This document shows positions 25,645-33,122 of a stretch of 33,122 nt of DNA, one piece after another. The translations under genes and the position numbers were made by a program. A model generated the notes under the pieces. That model did no database searches. It worked only from the letters and a program-made list of their open reading frames with translations, and was not told the DNA's origin. The DNA comes from Nitrosopumilaceae archaeon (GTDB taxonomy: Archaea > Thermoproteota > Nitrososphaeria > Nitrososphaerales > Nitrosopumilaceae): contig JBQTHX010000077.1 in assembly GCA_052389415.1 (NCBI GenBank), forward strand, positions 1 to 33,122, read 5' to 3'. Position 1 is the first letter of the stretch, and every line of letters starts with the position of its first letter.

Positions 25645-26907
25645 TTAGATACTCGATTTTCCAACATATTTTTGCAAAATTTTTGGAATTTCGACATGTC
25701 CATCTTTTGTCTGAAAGTTTTCAAGTATTGAGACCAGAGTTCTAGATGTTGCAACAAGCGTGCTGTTTAATGTATGAAGATATTGAGGTTGATCATTTGT
25801 TCTGTCACGAAATCTAATCTTTAGTCTTCTGGCCTGGAAATCAAGACAATTAGAACATGATACAATCTCACGATAGTTATTCTGCCCAGCCATCCATGCC
25901 TCTAAATCAAAAGTCTTTGCAGAAATTTTTCCAAGATCCCCACTTGACAAAACCGTTATCCTGTATGGGATCTCCAGCTTTTGATAAAATTCTTCTACAA
26001 TGGCTAGCATTTTTTCATGCTCTTTCCAAGATTCTTCTGGTCTTGAAAAAATAAATTGTTCAACCTTTTCAAATTGGTGAACACGAAAAATTCCCTTCTG
26101 ATCTCTTCCATGTGCACCAGCTTCTTTTCTAAAACAAGGACTAACGCCTGCATATCTAATTGGCAAATTCTTTCCTTCCAAAATTTCATCAGAGTGCATC
26201 GATGCCACTGCATGCTCCGATGTTCCGATAAGATATAGATCGTCACCTTCAACTTTGTAAATTACATCCTCAAAATCATTTGCAATGATTGCCCCCTCCA
26301 TTGAATTCCGATTTATCATATAAGGTGTTTGAATAGGAGTATAATTTTTTTCAGAAAGAAAATCTAGGGCATAGTGTATTAAAGCTTGATTTAGTTTTAC
26401 AAGATCATTTTTTAGATAATAAAATCTGGCACCAGCCACTTTCGCAGCTCTTTCCAAATCAATAAGATCAAGATTCTGCGAAATGTCTATGTGGTCTTTT
26501 ATTTTAAAATCAAATTGAGGTATTTTCCCCCATCTTTTTAATTCCATGTTAGCAGTTTCATCTTTTCCAATTGGAACTGATTCATGAATGAGATTAGGCA
26601 GCGTAAGTGAGAGTTGAGCATACTCTGATTCTGTCTTAGTTTGAAGGATTTCTAATCCTGAAAGTCTTTCAGAAACTTGTCTCATCTGTTCTATGAGAAA
26701 TGTTGCATCTTGATCCAATTTTTTTTTCTGTGCAATTTCTAAGGAGATCTCATTTTTTTTCTTGCGTAAGTCATCTGTTTTGATAATCAACTCTCTTCGT
26801 TCCTTGTCTAATTTTATCAAATCATCAAGTGGAAAATCAACATCTCTGTCTTTGAGCATTTTTTTTATTGTTTCAGGATTTTCTCGAATAATCTTTGGAT
26901 CAAGCAT
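25645..26907 (-). CDS. serS: Serine--tRNA ligase
   Basis: MLDPKIIRENP, GTSEH, motif 2 FRKEAG...GIFRVHQFEKVEQF, EIVSCSNC, HTLNST. Confidence 0.97.
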   Translation of the reverse strand: MLDPKIIRENPETIKKMLKDRDVDFPLDDLIKLDKERRELIIKTDDLRKKKNEISLEIAQKKKLDQDATFLIEQMRQVSERLSGLEILQTKTESEYAQLSLTLPNLIHESVPIGKDETANMELKRWGKIPQFDFKIKDHIDISQNLDLIDLERAAKVAGARFYYLKNDLVKLNQALIHYALDFLSEKNYTPIQTPYMINRNSMEGAIIANDFEDVIYKVEGDDLYLIGTSEHAVASMHSDEILEGKNLPIRYAGVSPCFRKEAGAHGRDQKGIFRVHQFEKVEQFIFSRPEESWKEHEKMLAIVEEFYQKLEIPYRITVLSSGDLGKISAKTFDLEAWMAGQNNYREIVSCSNCLDFQARRLKIRFRDRTNDQPQYLHTLNSTLVATSRTLVSILENFQTKDGHVEIPKILQKYVGKSSI

Positions 26908-27148
26908 CGCTAGTCACTCTAAGTACCACTTGGGTTTGTTCAAGAACTTCATCAATAGTAGAGATCAAACTTCGTATATTTCCCTTGCCTTGAAAAGTAA
27001 AGACAAGTGAGTTGTCAACATTTTCAATCTGAAATGAAAGCTTTTCCGGGAAATCCACATTGTCTGGCTCCAATGCTTTTCTAATAGAATTAATCTTTTG
27101 ATCTGATAAATTATTTAGAGTAACTTGAACTCTGCACTGTAGAGACAT
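26900..27148 (-). CDS. pcc1: KEOPS complex subunit Pcc1
   Basis: ALEPDN...SLISTIDEVL; conserved position after the DHH gene. Confidence 0.8.
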   Translation of the reverse strand: MSLQCRVQVTLNNLSDQKINSIRKALEPDNVDFPEKLSFQIENVDNSLVFTFQGKGNIRSLISTIDEVLEQTQVVLRVTSDA

Positions 27149-28529
27149 TTTCTTCTAGACAATCTAAAAACGCGTCTAATTTGTCTTTAGTTATTCTTGC
27201 TCCAGCTGCTGCATCATGGCCACCGCCAACTCCGGAAACTTTGGCAGCACATGTTCTCATTAACAAACCAAGGTTTACCTCAGATTTACATCCCGTGGAT
27301 TTTCTTGATGAAAACTTGATTGTCCCCTCATCCCCATTTGTTCTAAGGATGATTATTTTTCCAGTATTTTTCTGGGACCCTCCAAGCAACGATGATACTG
27401 CACCAGTCATGTTTTCCGGAACCAGTCCATCACCATTTACCATGACATACTGACCATTGTCTACACTTCTCCATCGTTCACTAGCAAGAGCATTCATATA
27501 CGTCCTCAAGAGAGTACGATATTCCATCAGTATGCCTTCTCCTTCTTCGAGCATCTTCGTTCTGTCCCCCATGCAGATGGAAATTCCAACTCCTGCTTTG
27601 CGTATTCTTCCGCATGAATTTAACATAGTAGAAAATTCTCTTGCATCTCGCAAGAAACTTCGTTTATCTTCACCTGACAAAGTGTAAGTATATCCAACAA
27701 GCTCATCCATTATCTCAGTCGCATTCTTTGTAGATGTAAATTTCGAAATAACTTCAAGCAAATTTCTTTTTTCATCTTCTGTGAGCTCCGAAGGAACACG
27801 CCACCTACTACCCTCTTTCAATTTTATCCCTGAGGAATTCACCAGAGAAAGACAAGTATCACGGTTCCAGGTGAGGCCTTCAATGAATGGATGTGATGTA
27901 AAGGCTAACGCATCAGGAAGTGATCTAGTTTCCCGACCTACAAGTAGAATATCTAAATCAATTTCTACCTGACCATTCTTTTTCGCAGTAGTTGCAATCT
28001 CTAGGTTAGTTCCCAAGAAAGATTTTTTTTCACCCTGATCTTGTCTGTCACCTAATGCTGAAACAACGGCAATCCAAGCAAGATCTGTATTTTCTTTGTG
28101 TAATGCTTGTGAAACTAAATAACACATCCCACCTGCAGAAACTTCACGTCCTCCATCAATGTTGTATTTCCATGCATTGATCACTCGTTCATTGTCAAAT
28201 TCTTCTTTTGGGATCTGGTGATGATCAACAACAATCCAGTTGTCATCTAGTGCCATGTCAAGATCTTTTGCAAACCCTCCGCCAAGATCTGTTATGATAT
28301 GAAGATCGCGAGAATCTGTTTTGAGCTTCTCGATCAAATTCTTGCTAAACTCATTTACTGTGCGTACTGTGCACCTGGCTCCAGATCTAATCAGCGATTT
28401 TGTAATTATGCTACCAGAAGTAATTCCATCACAATCCAAGTGTGTTATTACAGAAATGCTCTTGCCCGCTTTGATACAATCAGAAACTTTGTCATGAAAA
28501 TATGATAATGCGTTATTCAAATCAACCAT
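27111..28529 (-). CDS. DHH/DHHA1 RecJ/Cdc45-like nuclease (GAN-type)
   Basis: HLDCDG, TDLG, DHH, GDRQD, GGGHDAAAG; rps15-linked context. Confidence 0.88.
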   Translation of the reverse strand: MVDLNNALSYFHDKVSDCIKAGKSISVITHLDCDGITSGSIITKSLIRSGARCTVRTVNEFSKNLIEKLKTDSRDLHIITDLGGGFAKDLDMALDDNWIVVDHHQIPKEEFDNERVINAWKYNIDGGREVSAGGMCYLVSQALHKENTDLAWIAVVSALGDRQDQGEKKSFLGTNLEIATTAKKNGQVEIDLDILLVGRETRSLPDALAFTSHPFIEGLTWNRDTCLSLVNSSGIKLKEGSRWRVPSELTEDEKRNLLEVISKFTSTKNATEIMDELVGYTYTLSGEDKRSFLRDAREFSTMLNSCGRIRKAGVGISICMGDRTKMLEEGEGILMEYRTLLRTYMNALASERWRSVDNGQYVMVNGDGLVPENMTGAVSSLLGGSQKNTGKIIILRTNGDEGTIKFSSRKSTGCKSEVNLGLLMRTCAAKVSGVGGGHDAAAGARITKDKLDAFLDCLEENVSTVQSSSYSK

Positions 28530-28978
28530 TACTCAAGTTGAGCAATGACTGACTTATATTTCCAAGTTTTGGGTATGCGACCAATTTTCTTGTAATAAGA
28601 TGATACTCTGTGTACTTTGGCTTCTAACAATTCAAGCGAACGAACGTTTCGCCTATCAGATGTATGTGTTTTAAGATGCTTTTGTAATCCCAGAGCTTTT
28701 CTAACAATATTGTTCAGATCTTCTGGCATCTCTTGCCTGACCCCTCTCTGCTCGAGAATCTCAGTTATCGATTTTTTTGTTTTTGTTCTGACCAGTGGTA
28801 TAGCATATTGATCACGAAGTTTTACTCCTATCTCACTTGTTGTGAGTCCATCCTTTGAATATTTAAGAACAAGTTCCTCAATCTCTTGGGCATTCTGTTT
28901 TACCCATTTTGCGGAACTTGGAGTAATGGGTCTAATAGAATGTGACTGACCATGTCTGTGTGAATGAAGCCTTCCCAT
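28529..28978 (-). CDS. rps15: 30S ribosomal protein S15 (uS15)
   Basis: MGRLHSHRHGQSHS, IGVKLRDQY, PEDL, WKY. Confidence 0.96.
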   Translation of the reverse strand: MGRLHSHRHGQSHSIRPITPSSAKWVKQNAQEIEELVLKYSKDGLTTSEIGVKLRDQYAIPLVRTKTKKSITEILEQRGVRQEMPEDLNNIVRKALGLQKHLKTHTSDRRNVRSLELLEAKVHRVSSYYKKIGRIPKTWKYKSVIAQLE

Positions 28979-29092
28979 AGGTCGCTTGGCCTAATGGTAA
29001 AACATAAACGTTACTTCAAATAGGAAAAATTTTTGATAATTGACAAAAAAGTTAAATATCAAAGCAAGGCACTCTGTGTCTAGGTGCATGAT

Positions 29093-29401
29093 ATGAATAA
29101 ACCTATAGTAATTAGCGCAACCATACTGGCGCTCTTCGTTGCATCTGCATTCCTTCCAATGGCTGCAGCACAATATGTGGGAGTCGGAGGAGGAGGAAAT
29201 GTCAACTTGGAGGAACAACTACAGCTTGCCAAAGATAAAGTGAAGAAAGCAGCAGATAATCCAGCAACTGGTTCTGGAACTCCTTATCTTGATGCAAATG
29301 GTGTCATTGGTGGCTCTGCGATAGTAGGTGCAGTATTTGGTGGAATTGCCATCGCCTTTATTATTAAAGGTAGAAGCGGCAGATTCGCAAAATCAAAATA
29401 A
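29093..29401 (+). CDS. amoZ: Putative ammonia monooxygenase subunit Z (signal peptide, soluble helix, C-terminal TM)
   Basis: AQY cleavage-like site, LEEQLQLAK, GSGTPY, TM then KGRSGR; lies in the amo cluster; the Y/Z assignment is from memory. Confidence 0.7.
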   Translation: MNKPIVISATILALFVASAFLPMAAAQYVGVGGGGNVNLEEQLQLAKDKVKKAADNPATGSGTPYLDANGVIGGSAIVGAVFGGIAIAFIIKGRSGRFAKSK

Positions 29402-29482
29402 CTTTTTCCTTTTTATTATTTTAGAGTCCTAATCGTAGATATCATATGTGATTTAAACAGAAATGTATATATCATACGTAAA

Positions 29483-29764
29483 ATGTTTTCATACATGATG
29501 AGCGCTATATTCAGTTTGCTCGTGGGAATTCTGTCCAACTTTGCAGGTCAGATAGGTCCAGCATACGACCCACTATTCTATGATGTGATGGTCTACATTT
29601 TTGGAACTATCATGTTTGCAGTGTTCTTATTAGGAATCATCGCATTCTGGATGAGAGTACACGGTCTGGGCGGAGATACACGAGAAAGATGGGTTTCTGA
29701 ACTAGACAAACACTTCGAAAAAGAAGGTATTGGTCTGATACCAGATAACGGTAAATACTGGTAA
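29483..29764 (+). CDS. amoY: Putative ammonia monooxygenase subunit Y
   Basis: YDPLFYD, TM, WMRVHGL...RERW...IPD; adjacent to amoZ; start position uncertain. Confidence 0.7.
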   Translation: MFSYMMSAIFSLLVGILSNFAGQIGPAYDPLFYDVMVYIFGTIMFAVFLLGIIAFWMRVHGLGGDTRERWVSELDKHFEKEGIGLIPDNGKYW

Positions 29765-29823
29765 ATATCCAAAAAATCTTTTTCCTTATTTTTCACTTTT
29801 TCTATTGGTTGATGTAATTCAGC

Positions 29824-30345
29824 TTATGTTTCTGGAGGTAGAAAGTCCTGGTCTTTCCCAGTTTCTGAGTTCTTGCTTACAAACTCACCCTTGTAATGGT
29901 ATCCGTCTTGAATTTTCGTATGAATAAAGTCTGGCGACTCGACACCATTAACTAATATTCTAGACTTGGATTCATCCATGTCACGCAAAGGAAACTTGTA
30001 TACCCACAAAAACTGTCCTATTTCAAAGTCATATTCCTTATCCCATTCAGCATAGATTACACCATCGTTTGAAAGTGTGTAAAGTGATTTCGTACATTCT
30101 TCAGAAATACCGACATTTGCTGGTATCTCGACCTTTTGTTTATCTACAACTAGCTCAAAGGTGGCAGAGATCTTGTACCCTGCATCTCTATTATTGATAC
30201 ATTGTTTGAGTGGATCATCAGCGCTTAGAAAACTAATGATTCCAAAGCTAGCAAAGTACGAACCTAATGCTACGACTGCACTTATGATGAGGAATTTGAT
30301 GGTTTTTTTTCGCTTAACAGGATCCCCCATTCCAGGCCAAATCAT
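29824..30345 (-). CDS. Membrane-anchored conserved protein downstream of amoB
   Basis: MIWPGMGDP, N-terminal TM, IPANVGI...C..LYT...GVI. Confidence 0.75.
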   Translation of the reverse strand: MIWPGMGDPVKRKKTIKFLIISAVVALGSYFASFGIISFLSADDPLKQCINNRDAGYKISATFELVVDKQKVEIPANVGISEECTKSLYTLSNDGVIYAEWDKEYDFEIGQFLWVYKFPLRDMDESKSRILVNGVESPDFIHTKIQDGYHYKGEFVSKNSETGKDQDFLPPET

Positions 30346-30468
30346 ATGACCAATCTGATATACTACGGTTATAATGATTTTGTCTAAAGCATGCCTGGTT
30401 TGAATGTCACGTTAATGATGTGATTGTATCTTAGGGGAAATTAAGAAAATGAAAAGGAGGGAAGGGTT

Positions 30469-31041
30469 TTAGATCACTTGCCACGGTCGGGTTGCAAAGG
30501 TCACAACATAACCAACACCAATGATTATGGATTGGTATGCAATGTTTGCATATGGAATTGGTTTTAATATTTTTTCACCTTCGACCACGACTGTCTGTCC
30601 CGGTCCAAGTCCTGGACCTATTGATGCAATATTAAGCTGAGTGTGCATATGATAAACTCCTGGCTCGAGTGCTTTGACTACTAGAGTATAGTCCACAACA
30701 CCATTTCCTGGAATATCAAAGACATTTCCTGGTGGATCTCGTGATACGAATTCCCATCTGTTTCCTGCGTTTGTTGATTCACCGTAAACAGAAAGCCATC
30801 CTCTAAGATCTCGTTGAATCAGACTTACCAAGGTACCTTTCACTGTCAGGAGTTCACCTGTATTCAGAGATTGTCTTGAGAATGTCTCATCTTCGATTCT
30901 AACGAAACGACTTTGAAGCTGTGCCTGTACACCGTGCGCTTCTGCTTGCTGTAGCATTTGACCAATCGTTGGACCAACTGCTCCCAAAGCAACAATCACA
31001 CCTAGTGCTGCTACGATTAATTTTTTATTTATCATAGTCAT
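30469..31041 (-). CDS. amoB: Ammonia monooxygenase subunit B
   Basis: AEA/HGVQAQLQSRF, NAGNRWE, YHMHTQL, FATRPWQVI. Confidence 0.97.
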   Translation of the reverse strand: MTMINKKLIVAALGVIVALGAVGPTIGQMLQQAEAHGVQAQLQSRFVRIEDETFSRQSLNTGELLTVKGTLVSLIQRDLRGWLSVYGESTNAGNRWEFVSRDPPGNVFDIPGNGVVDYTLVVKALEPGVYHMHTQLNIASIGPGLGPGQTVVVEGEKILKPIPYANIAYQSIIIGVGYVVTFATRPWQVI

Positions 31042-31304
31042 CCGTAACTATTCCATGACAGAAAGACCAACGATATATGTTTTACCATAATATTCAAGAA
31101 AGGATCGAGATTTGAAGAAGGAAAGACGATAATCATTAATGATTAACATCGAAATGTTTCTTTTTACTGCTATATTTTTTATATATTCATTACAGTGTTG
31201 TCACAAATTTTTAGTAAAATATTAAATAAATATGAATAAAATAAAGCAAAAAAGCCTTATTCACAAGTTCATGCTTTATATGGAGAACAACTGAAACATG
31301 TACC

Positions 31305-31868
31305 ATGGCACAAATGCCGGCACTTATTCCAAAAGAAGTCGAGATTCAAAGACTGAAGAAGATTTGGATGATCGTCATCTCAATGGGATCTACAGCGGCA
31401 TCCGTGGAAGTCGACAACTTTGTCGATGGTTCACTACATCAAACTTCTATCAGAGATAGTGCATTTACACCAGCACACTGGTGGCTCTATAGCCACTTTG
31501 TAGCACTACCACTAGGTTGGGGTGCTGTTTCAATCTATGATAGAAAGGTACCAATTCTAAGGGGTCCAAATAACTCCATGAACACTGGTTTGAAGATGAC
31601 CATTCTAGGTTATCTGGCTACCATGTTTACAATTGGTGTCAACGAGATGTGGCACTTCTGGTACGTAGAAGAGATCTTTGCAGTACCAAACCACTGGATG
31701 TTCAATATGGGTGTGGTCGTTGCATTCATGGGCGCACTTGCCTATGTAGTTAGAGTATATGCACGATTGGTCGAACTTGGAGCAGAAACCCCAGGTGAGA
31801 ATCCATATGTTGCTGAAATGTACAAGATGGCCTTAGAAGGCAAACTGTACAGCAGATCCATCCCATAG
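31305..31868 (+). CDS. amoC: Ammonia monooxygenase subunit C
   Basis: MAQMPALIPKEVEIQRLKK, DGSLHQ...RDSAFTPAH, NEMWHFW.EE.F..PNHW. Confidence 0.98.
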   Translation: MAQMPALIPKEVEIQRLKKIWMIVISMGSTAASVEVDNFVDGSLHQTSIRDSAFTPAHWWLYSHFVALPLGWGAVSIYDRKVPILRGPNNSMNTGLKMTILGYLATMFTIGVNEMWHFWYVEEIFAVPNHWMFNMGVVVAFMGALAYVVRVYARLVELGAETPGENPYVAEMYKMALEGKLYSRSIP

Positions 31869-31889
31869 AAAAGTACGCCAAAAGCGCAC

Positions 31890-31904
31890 TCTTTTTATTA
31901 TTTT
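31890..31904 (+). terminator. T-rich archaeal terminator after amoC
   Basis: TCTTTTTATTATTTT about 20 nt after the stop. Confidence 0.5.
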
Positions 31905-31976
31905 AAACCTACTAACGAAAGTTTTTCTCTCATTTACCGGAAAGACTTAAAAGTATACGGATTATTATATTGCCAA

Positions 31977-32333
31977 ATGACCTTACCAAAAGGATTCGGT
32001 TCTGGCGGTGGCGCATCTAGTTCTGACGTAAACAAGATGATAGGTAAGCGTGTAGAAAACATGCTTGGTCTGTATACTCTCTCATATCTTGCAGCCTGGG
32101 TAGCGACATTTGCTGGTACTGCAGTTGGGTACTACTATTATCCATGGGCTTATCCTGCACCAAGCGGTCACTATGCATTCATTGTACTTACAATCATAGA
32201 GGCAATTGGTTACCTATTCTGTGTTAAGGTAGGCCAAGAAGGCTCAGGGAAAAATAGCAATGGTGTAGTTGCTGCTGTTATCGGGGGAACTGCCGTTCTA
32301 ACGGTGTTTATAGCCATATTCGTAAACGGCTAG
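31977..32333 (+). CDS. amoX: Ammonia monooxygenase subunit X
   Basis: LPKGFGSGGG...MIGKRVENM, YYYYPWAYPAPSGHYAFIVLTIIE; between amoC and amoA. Confidence 0.92.
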   Translation: MTLPKGFGSGGGASSSDVNKMIGKRVENMLGLYTLSYLAAWVATFAGTAVGYYYYPWAYPAPSGHYAFIVLTIIEAIGYLFCVKVGQEGSGKNSNGVVAAVIGGTAVLTVFIAIFVNG

Positions 32334-32404
32334 AAAAACCTCACTCAATTCTTTTTCTTATTCTTTAAAATACTGGACAGTATTGAAATCAGATCTGGAA
32401 TTAG

Positions 32405-32422
32405 GTATAAAATTTTATATAT
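32405..32422 (+). promoter_or_regulatory. BRE/TATA promoter of amoA
   Basis: A-rich stretch plus TTTTATATAT ending 22 nt before the ATG. Confidence 0.6.
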
Positions 32423-32444
32423 CACACCTCTTCTCTACTGGATA

Positions 32445-33095
32445 ATGGTCTGGCTAAGACGATGTACTCACTACTTATTCATAGTAGTGGTTGCAGTCAA
32501 CTCTACATTGTTGACAATTAACGCTGGAGACTACATATTCTATTCAGACTGGGCATGGACATCATTTGTGGTATTTTCATTATCACAAACACTCATGCTA
32601 ATAGTCGGTGCCGCCTACTATCTTACGTTTACTGGAGTTCCAGGAACAGCGACTTATTATGCACTGATAATGACGGTGTATACTTGGGTTGCAAAGGTAG
32701 CATGGATTTCACTAGGATATCCGTATGACTTCATTGTTACACCGGTTTGGATACCATCAGCATTACTGTTGGATCTTGTTTACTGGGCAACAAAGAAGAA
32801 CAAACACTCTCTCATACTGATGGGAGGTGTGCTATGTGGAATGTCTCTGCCATTGTTTAACATGATAAATCTTATGCTGGTAGCAGACCCGCTAGAGACT
32901 GCATTCAAATATCCAAGGCCAACATTGCCTCCATACATGACTCCAATAGAACCTCAGGTAGGAAAGTTCTATAACAGTCCAGTAGCACTTGGCGCAGGAG
33001 CTGGTGCTGTATTGGCTCCAACGATGGCAGCATTAGGTTGTAAGCTGACAACGTGGACGTATAGGTGGATGGCAGCTTGGTCTAAGTGGGACTAA
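32445..33095 (+). CDS. amoA: Ammonia monooxygenase subunit A
   Basis: MVWLRRCTHY, INAGDYIFY.DW, TGVPGTATYY, KYPRPTLPPYMTPIEP, WTYRWMAAW. Confidence 0.99.
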   Translation: MVWLRRCTHYLFIVVVAVNSTLLTINAGDYIFYSDWAWTSFVVFSLSQTLMLIVGAAYYLTFTGVPGTATYYALIMTVYTWVAKVAWISLGYPYDFIVTPVWIPSALLLDLVYWATKKNKHSLILMGGVLCGMSLPLFNMINLMLVADPLETAFKYPRPTLPPYMTPIEPQVGKFYNSPVALGAGAGAVLAPTMAALGCKLTTWTYRWMAAWSKWD

Positions 33096-33097
33096 AC

Positions 33098-33122
33098 TTC
33101 CCTTTCCTTTTACTTTATTTTT
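33098..33122 (+). terminator. Pyrimidine/T-rich terminator after amoA
   Basis: CTTCCCTTTCCTTTTACTTTATTTTT-type tract right after the stop. Confidence 0.55.

Noticed and set aside
360-30349. Many short antisense or overlapping ORFs in the track (e.g. 360-764, 834-1136, 10575-10979, 12492-12785, 27181-27453)
   Set aside because: Shadow ORFs opposite well-supported genes, with no motifs.

Overview
Chromosomal segment of an ammonia-oxidising archaeon (Nitrososphaeria/Thaumarchaeota, Nitrosopumilales-type gene order, possibly Nitrosotalea-like). Core genes: tbp, pyrE, a frameshifted site-2 protease, rimI/ard1, trm5, ABCE1, a solitary 5S rRNA, a non-oxidative pentose phosphate operon (TktN-Rpe fusion, TktC, transaldolase), MoxR/VWA/ASCH, geranylgeranyl reductase, the rps15-DHH-pcc1-serS-rps3ae cluster and a six-subunit ammonia monooxygenase locus (amoZ, amoY, hypothetical, amoB | amoC, amoX, amoA). 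A ~7.7 kb tyrosine-integrase element, bounded by a 13-bp direct repeat, sits between serS and rps3ae. Its most striking feature is an array directly downstream of the integrase: seven units, each a TATA-like box followed 8 nt later by a 22-bp palindrome with a variable core. The three integrase-proximal palindromes are perfect and the distal four are degenerate. Two unannotated C/D-box guide sRNA candidates, several small ORFs missed by the track, a candidate origin and a long RNA hairpin were also found. All family calls come from motif recognition by eye; no database searches were run.
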